Shown one piece after another: positions 40,840-51,628 of a stretch of DNA of 64,000 bases. Below the pieces are notes generated by a model, which saw only the letters and a list, made by a program, of their open reading frames with translations, had not been told where the DNA came from and did no database searches. The position numbers and the translations under genes are program-made. This DNA is from a virus: positions 64,001-128,000 of IMG/VR virus record IMGVR_UViG_3300035670_000018; one strand, 5' to 3'. Within the stretch, counting starts at the first letter, position 1. Every line of letters begins with the position of its first letter.

Positions 40840-43392
40840 ATGACCGACTTTTACACTAACGTTCAAGTGTATGGTTCCAGAATTCTTTATAGAGGTGTAG
40901 AAAACGGCAGGAAAGTAAGACGCAAGATCGATTACTTTCCTACTTTTTTTGTGCCTGCTAAGAGTAAGACTGACTGGACTACCATTCACGGTGAGTATGT
41001 ATCAGAACTGAAGCCAGGTAACATTCGTGATGCGCGAGACTTCATCAAGCAATACGAAGATGTTGATGGCTTCAAGATTTATGGCAACAACAAGTATGAG
41101 TATGCGTTCATCGGAGATACATTTGCCGATGACATTGAGTGGGATCTATCTCATATCAACATTACCAATATTGACATTGAGGTAGGCTCAGAGAATGGTT
41201 TTCCTGAGCCTGCAACTGCATCTGAACCTATCACCGCAATCACGTTCAAGAATAAGAATAAGTTTGTGGTGTTAGGTTGTGGTGCATTTGATAATCGTCG
41301 TGAAGATGTTTGGTACATTCAGTGTCGTGATGAAGCCGATTTGCTAAATAAGTTTCTTGATGAGTGGACATTCGATTATCCAGATATCATCACTGGTTGG
41401 AATGTCAAGTTCTTTGATATTCCCTATCTTGTTAATCGGATCACCAAGATCCTTGGTGAAGTAGATGCAAAACGTCTTTCGCCGTGGCTTAATCTTGATG
41501 AGCGCCGTGTAGTCATCATGGGTCGTGAACAGATTGCATTCGTGCCTTCTGGTATCTCGGTGCTTGACTACATTGAACTCTATAAGAAGTTTGCTCCTGG
41601 TGGTCAGTCTCAAGAGTCATATAAGCTTGATGCTATCTGTAATGTAGAACTTGGTGAGCGTAAGCTTTCATATGAAGAGTATGGTTCGCTCCATACTCTT
41701 TACAAGGACAACTATCAGAAGTTCATTGAGTATAACATTCGTGACGTGGAACTGGTTGGTAAGCTTGAAGATAAGTTGCGATTGATTGAACTTGCGCTCA
41801 CTCTGGCTTATGATTCCAAGTCTAACTACGATGATGTGTTCACACAGGTGCGTATGTGGGATAACATCATATATAATTATCTGAAGAAGAAGAACATGGT
41901 CGTTCCTCCGATCATTAGGCATTCTAAGGATGCAGCGTATGTTGGTGCGTTTGTGAAAGATCCATTGATTGGTATTCACAAGTGGATTGCAAGCTTTGAC
42001 TTGAATTCACTGTATCCACATTTGATTATGCAGTACAATATCAGCCCTGATACACTGATTGAACCTGCAAACTATGATGGTACTATGAGAGAGTTTATCT
42101 CACGAAACAATGTGACGATTGATTCACTCTTGAACCAAGAATGTAAGACTAGCGTCCTTAAGGTTGCTAATGTGACATTGACACCGAATGGCCAGTTCTT
42201 CACGAAAGAGAAGCACGGGTTCTTACCTGAAATCATGGAGACAATGTACAATGATAGGTCTGCGTACAAGAAGAAAGCTATCGCAGCTAAACAAGAAGCT
42301 GAACGCGAAACAGATCCAGGAAGAAAAGTTGAAATTGAAAAAAGAATCGCTAGGTTCAACAATCTTCAATTGGCTAAAAAAGTTTCTCTGAACTCGGCCT
42401 ATGGTGCTTTGGGTAATGAGTTCTTCCGCTTCTTTGATGTAAGACAGGCTTCTGCTATCACAACAGCAGGTCAGTTGTCTATTCGCTGGATTGAGAATAA
42501 GCTAAATGATTATATGAACAAGCTACTCAAAACGGAGAATGAAGACTATGTTATTGCATCGGATACGGATAGCATCTATCTCTCTCTTGATAAACTGGTC
42601 AGCAAGACTATTGTTGAGCAGAACCCAGATGCTAGTACAAAGCAAATCATCAAGTTCATGGATAAGGTTTGTGAAGATCGCATTCAACCGTTTATTGACA
42701 AAGCTTATGCTGAACTTGCTGAGTATATTAATGCCTACGAACAAAAGATGCAAATGAAGCGTGAGGCTCTTGCTGACAAGGGTATCTGGACAGCAAAGAA
42801 GCGTTACATCATGAACGTTTACAATAACGAAGGCGTTGAGTATGCGAAGCCGAAAGTAAAGGTGATGGGCTTGGAAGTAAAGAAATCTTCCACACCAGCA
42901 TTCTTTCGAGATAAGATGGAAGAGTGTATTCATATCATGCTCAACTCCACAGAAGACAAGCTGATTAGCTATGTTGAATCTGTGCGAGACGAAATGAAGA
43001 AAGCCTTGATTTCGGACATTGCATTTCCTCGTGGTGTCAATGGACTTGAGAAGTTTAGTGATGCTAAGATGATATATGGCAAAGGTTGTCCGATACATGT
43101 TAGAGGCGCTCTTGTTTACAATCATATGCTTTCGGCCAAGAAACTGAACAAAGTGTATCCACAAATCAATGAGGGTGAAAAAATCAAGTTCATCTACATG
43201 AAAGAGCCGAATCCTATTCGCAGTAATGTCATTGCCTTTCCAATGTCTCTGCCTAAAGAGTTTGGTATCGATTCATATGTTGACTATGAAACACAGTTTC
43301 TAAAGGCTTTCGTTGAACCAATCAAGATCATAACTGAAAGCATAGGATGGAAAACTGAAAGTGTATCCAGTTTAGAAGATTTTTTCTTGTAA
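40840..43392 (+). CDS. gp43: family B DNA polymerase gp43
   Basis: DIEV exo I, FDLNSLYP, KVSLNSAYG, DTDS, SLEDFF clamp-binding tail. Confidence 0.98.
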   Translation: MTDFYTNVQVYGSRILYRGVENGRKVRRKIDYFPTFFVPAKSKTDWTTIHGEYVSELKPGNIRDARDFIKQYEDVDGFKIYGNNKYEYAFIGDTFADDIEWDLSHINITNIDIEVGSENGFPEPATASEPITAITFKNKNKFVVLGCGAFDNRREDVWYIQCRDEADLLNKFLDEWTFDYPDIITGWNVKFFDIPYLVNRITKILGEVDAKRLSPWLNLDERRVVIMGREQIAFVPSGISVLDYIELYKKFAPGGQSQESYKLDAICNVELGERKLSYEEYGSLHTLYKDNYQKFIEYNIRDVELVGKLEDKLRLIELALTLAYDSKSNYDDVFTQVRMWDNIIYNYLKKKNMVVPPIIRHSKDAAYVGAFVKDPLIGIHKWIASFDLNSLYPHLIMQYNISPDTLIEPANYDGTMREFISRNNVTIDSLLNQECKTSVLKVANVTLTPNGQFFTKEKHGFLPEIMETMYNDRSAYKKKAIAAKQEAERETDPGRKVEIEKRIARFNNLQLAKKVSLNSAYGALGNEFFRFFDVRQASAITTAGQLSIRWIENKLNDYMNKLLKTENEDYVIASDTDSIYLSLDKLVSKTIVEQNPDASTKQIIKFMDKVCEDRIQPFIDKAYAELAEYINAYEQKMQMKREALADKGIWTAKKRYIMNVYNNEGVEYAKPKVKVMGLEVKKSSTPAFFRDKMEECIHIMLNSTEDKLISYVESVRDEMKKALISDIAFPRGVNGLEKFSDAKMIYGKGCPIHVRGALVYNHMLSAKKLNKVYPQINEGEKIKFIYMKEPNPIRSNVIAFPMSLPKEFGIDSYVDYETQFLKAFVEPIKIITESIGWKTESVSSLEDFFL

Positions 43393-43398
43393 ACACTG

Positions 43399-43448
43399 AC
43401 TTGACTATCTCAAAATACTAAATAGAAGTGAAGAGGAGATAGTCAAGT
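43399..43448 (+). promoter_or_regulatory. 13-bp hairpin masking SD/start with late promoter in the loop
   Basis: ACTTGACTATCTC / GAGATAGTCAAGT perfect inverted repeat; CTAAATA 43418-43424. Confidence 0.85.
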
Positions 43449-44115
43449 GAAATACAACTTCTACAAAATCATCAATAAGGCAAACGATAAGTCATACATA
43501 GGTATGACGAAGCGCGACATTGAGACACGATATCAGGAACACATTAGATGTGCCCTAAGCAATCACGATCTAAACAACGATTACATCATGCCATTATATA
43601 ACGCAATAAGAAAGTATGGAATCGACTCGTTTCATATCGTAGAACTCGATTCTACAGAACTTTCATCTCACAGAGATGCAGAGATATATGAAGGTAAACT
43701 GATAACAGAGAATGCATCACTATTACACATGAATGGTTATAATCTTAATCACATGAACGAAAATGGCACAAGAACATATGAAGCACACATCAAAACAAAG
43801 ATCGTAGAAAACAATACTGGTAAAAACAATCCTTTCTTCGGCAAGAAACACAGTGATGAGACGCGAAAGAAGATGTCAGATAAGGCAAAGAAAAGACTGT
43901 CTGATCCTAAAAACAATCCGCGATATGGTTATCAATACACAGAAGAAGATAGAGCAAAACACAGAGAGTCGAAAAGAAAGTTCGGTAAACCTTTCATGGC
44001 CGAAGGCATTCGATATCAGACATTATGTGAAGCATCAATGAGGTATAATGTGACGAAACAGGCAATACAGTTTAGATTGAAATCTAACACATATGAAGAT
44101 TGGTATTGGTTATGA
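43447..44115 (+). CDS. GIY-YIG homing endonuclease with NUMOD3
   Basis: FYKI..YIGMT, GYN, NPFFGKKHSDETRKKMS. Confidence 0.85.
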   Translation: MKYNFYKIINKANDKSYIGMTKRDIETRYQEHIRCALSNHDLNNDYIMPLYNAIRKYGIDSFHIVELDSTELSSHRDAEIYEGKLITENASLLHMNGYNLNHMNENGTRTYEAHIKTKIVENNTGKNNPFFGKKHSDETRKKMSDKAKKRLSDPKNNPRYGYQYTEEDRAKHRESKRKFGKPFMAEGIRYQTLCEASMRYNVTKQAIQFRLKSNTYEDWYWL

Positions 44116-44651
44116 GTCTGGAACAGTTCACAAGACTGGCTGGCTCAGGGAATCCTAATCGTGAGAAGGATGACTTCTACGCGACTCCAGATTGGGCTAT
44201 CGACGCTCTTCTGGATCGCGAGAAGTTTGAAGGTGAAATCTGGGAACCTGCATGTGGTGATGGTGCTATCTGTAAAAGGTTACAGCAATATGGATACAAT
44301 CACATCTACGCAACCGATCTGATTGACAGAGGATATGGTGATGCTCATTTTGATTTCATGAATAGCAATCGAAAGACAGACAACATCATTACCAATCCTC
44401 CATTTAAGATTGGAACCAAGTTTACACTTCATGCTCTTAATCTAGCCAATGATAAGGTAGTCATGTTCAATAAGCTTTCTTTTCTTGAAGGGAAAGAAAG
44501 AAGAGATAGACTTTACTCTTTGAATATGCTAGAATGCTGTTATGTTTTTGGTGAACGAGTTGGATTTAATGGTGGAGGTGGTATGTTGGCCTTCGCATGG
44601 TTCGTGTTCAACAAAAAGTATAATGGTAAATCAAGATTGGAATGGATATGA
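44112..44651 (+). CDS. orphan amino DNA methyltransferase
   Basis: DFYATP, WEPACGDG, ITNPPF. Confidence 0.85.
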   Translation: MSLEQFTRLAGSGNPNREKDDFYATPDWAIDALLDREKFEGEIWEPACGDGAICKRLQQYGYNHIYATDLIDRGYGDAHFDFMNSNRKTDNIITNPPFKIGTKFTLHALNLANDKVVMFNKLSFLEGKERRDRLYSLNMLECCYVFGERVGFNGGGGMLAFAWFVFNKKYNGKSRLEWI

Positions 44652-45220
44652 GATGTAACTGTGACGCATCATGTGGTGAGAATCGATATCACAACGTTGG
44701 TGATCGTGAATGTAGATTCCATACGGTAGAAGAATATGAAGCATATTGGGGCATTAAAAAGACTATACTACCTGAACCAGAACGAAAGTTTTCAGACAAA
44801 TATCGGGAAAAAATACAAGAGTTGAAAGACATGACAGATTATAGAGACTTTGATGAAATCATGGAACAGATTGCAGCGGAACGTAAGCAGCCTTATATTC
44901 AATCAATGAAGCGCCCTTGGGGTGAGTGGCATGTGCTTGATGTAGATCGCGGATACAAGGTCAAGCGTCTTGAGATTCTACCTGATCAGGCCATCTCGCT
45001 TCAGTATCACAATCATCGCAGTGAGCATTGGACGATTGTGCAGGGCAAAGGTAAGGTCATTGTTGATGGCAATATCTTTACCGTTGAAAAGGGAGAATCG
45101 TTTCATGTTCCTCGCATGGCTCTTCACAAGATCACGAATACTCACCTAACTGAAACTTTGATTGCTATTGAAGTGCAGATGGGTGAGATATGCAGCGAAG
45201 ACGATATCGTTCGTTGCTAA
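44642..45220 (+). CDS. cupin, mannose-6-phosphate isomerase type II C-domain
   Basis: RPWG, SLQYHNHRSEHW, IEVQMG..EDDIVR. Confidence 0.85.
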   Translation: MDMRCNCDASCGENRYHNVGDRECRFHTVEEYEAYWGIKKTILPEPERKFSDKYREKIQELKDMTDYRDFDEIMEQIAAERKQPYIQSMKRPWGEWHVLDVDRGYKVKRLEILPDQAISLQYHNHRSEHWTIVQGKGKVIVDGNIFTVEKGESFHVPRMALHKITNTHLTETLIAIEVQMGEICSEDDIVRC

Positions 45221-45273
45221 ATAAAGCGTCACGGAGATACGTGACATTAACATAGACATAAAGGAGATACGAT

Positions 45274-46326
45274 ATGTCAAATCTATTCAACTCTCTACTA
45301 AAGGAGATCGACAATGAGTATGCGGGAATTGCTGATGAAGGAGTGGAAGCTGGCGATGTTACTGGCTTTATTGGCACTGGTAGCTACAGTCTCAATGCCC
45401 TCCTTTCTGGCAGCATTTACGGAGGTCTTCCTGCCAATAAAGTCACAGCACTCGCTGGAGAACCTTCTACAGGAAAGACCTTCTATGCAATCAACATTGT
45501 CAGGCAGTTCCTCAGAGACAACGACAACGGATTCGTTTTCTACTTTGAATCCGAATCTGCTATATCTAAACAAATGCTGGCAGATCGTGGAGTTGACACC
45601 AAGAGAGTTGCAGTTGTGCCAGTCGCAACTATCCAAGAGTTTAGAACTCAAGCAGTAAAGATCCTCGACAAGTACATTGCAGACAAGGAAAGCAAAGAGC
45701 GTCCTCCAATGCTGTTCGTTCTCGACTCACTTGGCAATCTTTCTACTGACAAAGAAATGGCCGACATTGCTGACGGCAAAGACACACGCGACATGACACG
45801 CGCACAGCTTGTTCGTGGTGCATTCCGTGTTCTTACATTGAAGCTTGGTAAGGCAAAGGTGCCTCTCATCGTGACCAATCACGTTTATGATGTAGTTGGA
45901 TCATATGTGCCGACCAAGAAGATGGGTGGTGGTTCTGGTCTAGAGTATGCTGCATCTACTATTCTGTTTCTCTCTAAGAAGAAAGACAAGGACAAGGACG
46001 GTGGTGTGTCTGGTGCTATCATCACAGCAAATCTAAAGAAGGCACGACTGACGATTGAGAACAAGAAAGTAGAGACGTTACTTGATTATGCAACCGGTCT
46101 TGATCCTTATTATGGACTTCTTGACCTTGCTGAGAAGTTTGGAATCATTAAGAAAGTCTCAACAAGATACGAACTACCGGATGGCACTAAAGCTTTTGAA
46201 TCAGTCATTCTGATGAACCCAGAAAAGTATTTCACAAAGGACATTCTTGACCAGATTGATGAAGCATGTAAGAATGAGTTTTTGTATGGCAAGTCTAGTG
46301 TCACTGATGTGGAGGATGCATCATGA
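45274..46326 (+). CDS. uvsX: RecA-like recombinase UvsX
   Basis: [20 protein letters not shown]. Confidence 0.95.
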   Translation: MSNLFNSLLKEIDNEYAGIADEGVEAGDVTGFIGTGSYSLNALLSGSIYGGLPANKVTALAGEPSTGKTFYAINIVRQFLRDNDNGFVFYFESESAISKQMLADRGVDTKRVAVVPVATIQEFRTQAVKILDKYIADKESKERPPMLFVLDSLGNLSTDKEMADIADGKDTRDMTRAQLVRGAFRVLTLKLGKAKVPLIVTNHVYDVVGSYVPTKKMGGGSGLEYAASTILFLSKKKDKDKDGGVSGAIITANLKKARLTIENKKVETLLDYATGLDPYYGLLDLAEKFGIIKKVSTRYELPDGTKAFESVILMNPEKYFTKDILDQIDEACKNEFLYGKSSVTDVEDAS

Positions 46327-46679
46327 TTCTAGGAACAGATTTCAGATTCAGCAATGTCTATAATACTGACACTTCTGCAATTGAACTATTGACAGAAGCA
46401 TACAAGGGTGTTATATTTCGCTTTACGAATGTTGGTGTTCGTGAGAATGATGATGGAACAGCAACTCTTAGATTCTCATATGAGATCCTTTCTCCTGGCA
46501 AGTTCAAGGAAGAGAAGCTTAGAGATGATCAATACTTTGAACAACATCTTGGACTGATCCTTAATACCTTAATTCTAGACATTGTGGAGTTAGAGAGTGC
46601 AGATAGAGAAAGTTATACTGAAGAATCTGTTGATGAAAGAATCGTACACTCGGAAGACTCTACCGTTTCTGAAAAGTGA
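46323..46679 (+). CDS. hypothetical protein at the gp40 position
   Basis: Synteny uvsX-x-gp41. Confidence 0.5.
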   Translation: MILGTDFRFSNVYNTDTSAIELLTEAYKGVIFRFTNVGVRENDDGTATLRFSYEILSPGKFKEEKLRDDQYFEQHLGLILNTLILDIVELESADRESYTEESVDERIVHSEDSTVSEK

Positions 46680-47979
46680 ATACTTCACGAATGAGGTTGA
46701 ACGTAACATATTCAACGAAATTCGTGACTTCACTATCAAGTATAACAATCTACCAACCGCAGATGCATTGAAGATTGAGGTTGATTCGCTTCGTAATCTT
46801 ACAGCGGATCAAGCAAGAGATGCTGCCAAGCTTATTGATGATTTACAAAACGACAATGTAGATACCAATATTGATTGGCTCATTGATAGCACTGAAAAGT
46901 TCTGTCAAGAAAAAGCAATCTACAATGCAATCATGCAGTCCATTGATATCATGAACAACAAGGGTGGCGCTCTCACAAAGGGCGCCATCCCTGATCTTCT
47001 GACACAAGCACTTGCTATCTCATTTGATCCTAATGTTGGTCACGACTATCTTGAAGACTTTGAAGAACGTTATGAGTATTACCATCGCGTAGAACACAAG
47101 ATTCCTTTTGATCTTGATTTCTTCAACAAGATCACCAAGAATGGTTTCAGCAAGAAGACACTCAACATCTTTCTTGCTGGTACTGGTGTTGGTAAGTCTC
47201 TGACGATGTGTCATATCGCTGCTGCTGCACTCGCTCAAGGCAAGAATGTATTGTATATCACTCTTGAATTGGCCGAAGAAGAGGTTGCAAAACGTATTGA
47301 CGCAAATCTGATGAACATCACCATTGATGATCTTCTACAGTTGCCGCAAGACTTGTATATGAAGAAAGCTGCTGTTCTCAAAAATAAGTCTCAAGGCAAG
47401 TTGATTGTGAAAGAGTATCCGACTGCATCTGCTTCTACACTGCATTTCAAAGCATTGTTGAATGAGTTGCATTTGAAGAAATCGTTTCAGCCAGATATCA
47501 TCTTTGTTGACTATCTCAACATCTGTGCTTCTGCAAGAATCAAACCTGGTGGTAATGTGAATAGTTATACATACATCAAGGCTATCGCAGAAGAGTTGCG
47601 TGGGCTTGCTGTTGAGTTTGAAGTTCCATTGGTATCTGCTACTCAGACAAACAGAACAGGCTTCACAAGCACCGATGTTGGTCTTGAAGATACATCTGAA
47701 TCGTTTGGTCTACCTGCAACTGCTGACTTCATGGCTGCTCTAATCTCTACTGAACAGCTTCAAGAGTTGAACCAAATCATGGTAAAGCAGTTGAAGAATC
47801 GCTATGCTGATCCAGCAACAAACAAGAGATTTGTCATTGGAATCGACAGAGCAAAAATGAAGCTGTATGATGTAGAGCAATCTGCACAGGTAGATATTGT
47901 TGACAGTGGCCAAAAACAAGGAGCAGATGATAAGATGGTAAACCGTATGACAAACAAGTTCAAATCTTTGAAGGTGTGA
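46597..47979 (+). CDS. gp41: replicative helicase gp41
   Basis: AGTGVGKS, VKEYPT, DYLNI, SESFGLPATAD. Confidence 0.97.
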   Translation: MQIEKVILKNLLMKESYTRKTLPFLKSEYFTNEVERNIFNEIRDFTIKYNNLPTADALKIEVDSLRNLTADQARDAAKLIDDLQNDNVDTNIDWLIDSTEKFCQEKAIYNAIMQSIDIMNNKGGALTKGAIPDLLTQALAISFDPNVGHDYLEDFEERYEYYHRVEHKIPFDLDFFNKITKNGFSKKTLNIFLAGTGVGKSLTMCHIAAAALAQGKNVLYITLELAEEEVAKRIDANLMNITIDDLLQLPQDLYMKKAAVLKNKSQGKLIVKEYPTASASTLHFKALLNELHLKKSFQPDIIFVDYLNICASARIKPGGNVNSYTYIKAIAEELRGLAVEFEVPLVSATQTNRTGFTSTDVGLEDTSESFGLPATADFMAALISTEQLQELNQIMVKQLKNRYADPATNKRFVIGIDRAKMKLYDVEQSAQVDIVDSGQKQGADDKMVNRMTNKFKSLKV

Positions 47980-47980
47980 T

Positions 47981-48449
47981 ATGAATGATAAGATAGAACT
48001 CAGACAAAAGTTTGAAGATATAGACATATCAGATCCGTCAAAGCTAAAAGATGAAGACTTTGTTAAGATTTGGGTAAAAGACTGTTATCGCTGGCATGAT
48101 AGACTACTGACCGGCAATTATCAGCACTACTGTCCAGACTGGGACTATCTACCGATTGATGATACATGTATGGAATTTGAAGCTTGCACTTGTAATAAGG
48201 AAACCAGCGATGAGTAAGTATTACGTTCTGCCTCTTGAAACTGACGAACATGATTTCATTTGGTGCGTCATGGAAAATCAAACCGAACAATTGATTCAAG
48301 CCTTTGGATTTGAGGAAGACGCATTAGAGTATGCTAATTTTCTAGAAGATGGTGGTGCATTTGCCGGTTTTACTCCTTCATTTGTTCTACGTGAGGTTGT
48401 AATCCAGAAAGACATGAACAAGGAATTTACTTCTTTCATATCTGAATAA
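47981..48449 (+). CDS. two small hypothetical ORFs (47981-48217, 48210-48449)
   Basis: Overlapping ORFs after gp41. Confidence 0.55.
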
Positions 48450-48557
48450 CAAGACACAGGAAAGCGGCTGGAGAGCGTTCCGGAAGACGGTTGCTACGGA
48501 TCTATCAACCCCAGAACCCTCGCTCCAGCCGCTTCCTACCTCATTCCAAACGATCCC

Positions 48558-48670
48558 AATAAAATCAATGACTTAGCCACCATATAAATCAATGACTTAG
48601 CCTATGCGTCTGGTGCATATCTGCTATGCGGAGATAACCCTTGAAAATCGGGGTTGCCGACCCCATATCT
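48558..48670 (+). promoter_or_regulatory. two AAATCAATGACTTAGCC repeats, TATGC triple box and CTTGAA..CCCCATAT promoter
   Basis: Same module as 11501-11620. Confidence 0.75.
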
Positions 48671-48703
48671 AGTATGTAACAAGAGAAGAGGTATTCCATG
48701 TGA

Positions 48704-49330
48704 GTGTTCGCGATGTTCGGTTCTATTCATTATGAGGGCGATGACTTGCTCGGCGTATACTCTACCCTTGAAGCGGCCCGCGCTGCTCGGGACACGTATC
48801 AGTTGCAAGAACGTCAGTATGAGTATGACGAGTTTCGTATTCGCGCTCTGGATGTAGACGCTGCGGCTTATGCCGTGCCGTTCTTCACCTCGCTCTGATA
48901 TGCGTTCCGCGCATATCAGACATGCGTTTGCTGCTCTTGATAATCTGATCGACCGACACTATCTTATGAGTATGACAAAGGAGAATAACATGACATATCG
49001 TTGGGGTGAATACATTCTTGTCATTACTGAGAATGAAAGTGGTAAGGTCGTCTATACTAAGCGGTATGAGAATATGTCTGGTACTGCTATGATGGATGAA
49101 CAGAAGTTCTTTCGTCGGGACTACCCGATGCCCAAGTATCGTATTGAATGGTAAGGAAAATTGAAATGGAAAAAGTCTACGTCCTCCTTGAGAAGAATCT
49201 TGATACGAAAAATGTTCGTATTGAGGGTGTCTATGAATCTCTCAAGAAGCTTGAAGATCAAATGTGGTTTCTCATGAACTTCAATGAGGAACAAAAGTAT
49301 TACATGATTGAGGAGATGGATGTGCAATGA
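48704..49330 (+). CDS. small early hypothetical ORFs (48704-48898, 48990-49154, 49166-49330)
   Basis: SD-preceded short ORFs after promoters. Confidence 0.55.
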
Positions 49331-49619
49331 TTAGGCACTATGCAAACGAATATCAGATTCAGCTTCAAGCTGAGGCTCTGATGGACGCTCTGGATCACAA
49401 GTATATCAACACCGCAATGACGGAAATGGAATACGACATGCGTGTGGATGCAATCAACAAGTGGGAAAAAGCGCGACTCAAGGAGTTGAAGCAGTATGCT
49501 TAGGTTCCTGCTCGGTATGGTTGTCGGCGCTTCGGCCACAACTGGTTTCGGTTTTCAGATTGTGATGGGCGCAATCGGTCTCGGCTTCATGGCTTGGGGC
49601 TTCTATGCAATGTATATGA

Positions 49620-50150
49620 ATGGTGAACTCAGTGAATATTGATATCTATGGCAAGTCTAAGCATATGTGCAAAGCGGAAATCAAGTTCGCTACTGCATTC
49701 TTTGCTCAGTATCTAATGGGTACCAGACTCGCAAAGAATCTTGACATTGAGATTCGGATTGAGGGTCAGGGTCGCGCAGAGGGGCATTGTAATCCTCTTG
49801 ATGGTGAACGGCGCCCTCGGTCCTTTGAGATTGGTATCAGACCTGGAATGCAGCGGTACAAGATGCTCCAGTGCCTCGCGCATGAGATGGTGCATTTGAA
49901 GCAGTATGCTAAGGGTGAGTTGTCCAATGAGTTGATCACTGCAAAGTGGCAGGGAAAGACTTACAAGCTTACCAACTCAATGGAAGACTATTTCAACTGG
50001 CCTTGGGAAATTGAAGCTTATGGTCGTGATCGGTCGCTTTATCTGTTCTATCAGGTGATGTTGAACTCGGAAAAGATCAAGTTCAAGAATGGTAAGATGT
50101 ATATGAAGGGTAAGCTTTTCAAGCTTGACAAGGCTAAGAATACCAAGTAA
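49620..50150 (+). CDS. HExxH zinc metallopeptidase-like protein
   Basis: LAHEMVHLKQY, PWEIEAY. Confidence 0.75.
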   Translation: MVNSVNIDIYGKSKHMCKAEIKFATAFFAQYLMGTRLAKNLDIEIRIEGQGRAEGHCNPLDGERRPRSFEIGIRPGMQRYKMLQCLAHEMVHLKQYAKGELSNELITAKWQGKTYKLTNSMEDYFNWPWEIEAYGRDRSLYLFYQVMLNSEKIKFKNGKMYMKGKLFKLDKAKNTK

Positions 50151-50159
50151 GATATACGC

Positions 50160-50974
50160 ATGATCAAGACACAGTGGAAAATCAAGATTGGCGACATGAT
50201 CCATGTTCGCACTCATTACAAGTATGGTGTGATGGATAATGTCCATATCAAGTCTGGAAAGGTAGTGCAAAGTGAGCGACATGATCCCGTTGGTACTTTT
50301 CGTTTGTATACAGGTAATCCTCAGTACCCCGTTTCTCTTATCGCAGATGAACGGGTCACTGGCATTAAGCTTCGTGAGGTCGCGTAATGGCTAGTATTCA
50401 TGTACCGTCAGGTAAACTGACATGGGAAGAAAAGTTGGAGATCCGCAAACACGCGCTAGAGTGTGCCGCTAGGACGTATCAAGGACAAGGCGCATTTAAT
50501 GCAGAAAACGTTACCAATCGTGCTGCAATCTTTGAAGACTACTTGATGGGGAAGAATGATGGTTAAGTCTTATGATGTAAGTTTTCATCTTGACGAATCT
50601 CTTGCAGGATGGTATCTTTACTGCTTTGAGGACGATGATGTAGTCCATGAGCAGTTCTTCCGCGACCGCGATGATGCTCACGCTATGGGCCATCGCTTTC
50701 TTGATGGACTGTATGTCAAGGGTTTCCCGATTGAGGAACTGGCATGAGAAAGCAGAGTCTTTGGAATCGATTTCTTAACTGGTACAGTCCAGTTTGGGGT
50801 ATGCTCGTTCCGCTTGTCATCGCAGTAGGCTTTCTTTTTGTTCTAGAATATAAAGCAGATGAACAAAAGCTTGCATTTTCTAATGCCTGTGCTACAATGG
50901 GTGGTGTCGCATTGATTGGACGTAACGGAACAAAAGTTTGCTTCAAGCAGGATGTTGTCCTGTCTGTACACTAA
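50160..50974 (+). CDS. small hypothetical ORFs (50160-50387, ~50387-50560, 50556-50747, 50744-50974)
   Basis: Translationally coupled run after TTGACA-17-TAAGAT at 50125. Confidence 0.55.
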
Positions 50975-50991
50975 ATAAAATACAGTTTAAT

Positions 50992-51074
50992 GGCCACGTA
51001 ACCGATGGCGGCTTCTACCCGCTTAACCGTAACTGGAGTTGAAAATGGGAGTTCGAATCTCTCCGTGGTCGCCA
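50992..51074 (+). tRNA. atypical tRNA-Arg(TCT), D-arm absent/rearranged
   Basis: GGCCACG/CGTGGTC acceptor, GGCGG-CTTCTAC-CCGCT, GGGAG-TTCGAAT-CTCTC, GCCA. Confidence 0.7.
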
Positions 51075-51096
51075 TTTCAAATTATGGAGAAAGTGA

Positions 51097-51363
51097 ATGT
51101 CTGCACCGAAGACCAAGACCAAGTACACTTCTAAGGGTGAGCGTGAAGCGAACCGTAGCTTGTCAAAGGCTATCAAGCGTGATCGCACAGTCATTGAGAA
51201 GTCTCAGATCAAGCAGAAGGCATGGTTGAAGGGACAGAACCCTTGGATCGTCGTGCCGAATGAGAATACAGCCGATACTAAGGCACGGTTTGTTCGCGTT
51301 CGTGCTGAGACTGAGTGGGGTGATCCGCGCAAGGGCTTCATGTTCGGCGCGATGAAGGACTAA
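51097..51363 (+). CDS. basic hypothetical protein
   Basis: GGAG SD; YTSKGER, AWLKGQNPW. Confidence 0.65.
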   Translation: MSAPKTKTKYTSKGEREANRSLSKAIKRDRTVIEKSQIKQKAWLKGQNPWIVVPNENTADTKARFVRVRAETEWGDPRKGFMFGAMKD

Positions 51364-51370
51364 GATTAAC

Positions 51371-51447
51371 GCCCCCTTAGCCCAGCGGTAGGAGGCACCG
51401 GACTTAAAATCCGTACAGGGACAGTTCGAATCTGTCAGGGGGTACCA
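51371..51447 (+). tRNA. tRNA-Leu(TAA), short variable loop
   Basis: Cloverleaf, CT-TAA-AA loop, CCA. Confidence 0.85.
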
Positions 51448-51452
51448 AATTT

Positions 51453-51528
51453 GCATCTGTAGCACAGCGGTTAGTGCTATCGGCTCATAACCGATTGGTC
51501 CTTGGTTCGAATCCAAGCGGATGCACCA
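51453..51528 (+). tRNA. tRNA(CAT), probably Ile2
   Basis: ATCGG-CTCATAA-CCGAT; Ile2-like body. Confidence 0.9.
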
Positions 51529-51533
51529 AATAA

Positions 51534-51623
51534 CGGAGTGAGACTAAGAGTCAGAGAGGACTTATAAACCTTTTGCAGCCGATTACTGCCTTTGAGGTGG
51601 AGCGTTACCACCCACTCCGACCA
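51534..51623 (+). tRNA. atypical tRNA-like RNA with TAT anticodon (Ile)
   Basis: CGGAGTG/CACTCCG-ACCA; CT-TAT-AA; T-stem GGTGG/CCACC with loop AGCGTTA. Confidence 0.55.
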
Positions 51624-51628
51624 ATATT

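Noticed and set aside
40840-43392. Intein, intron or split in gp43
   Set aside because: Continuous 850-aa ORF of normal length with all motifs.
48558-48602. CRISPR-like direct repeats
   Set aside because: Only two 17-bp copies 7 nt apart, no spacers or cas genes; treated as binding sites.
194-48808. Numerous minus-strand and nested ORFs (e.g. 12255-12875, 42523-43164, 38938-39489)
   Set aside because: Shadows of well-supported + strand genes, with no motifs or SD.
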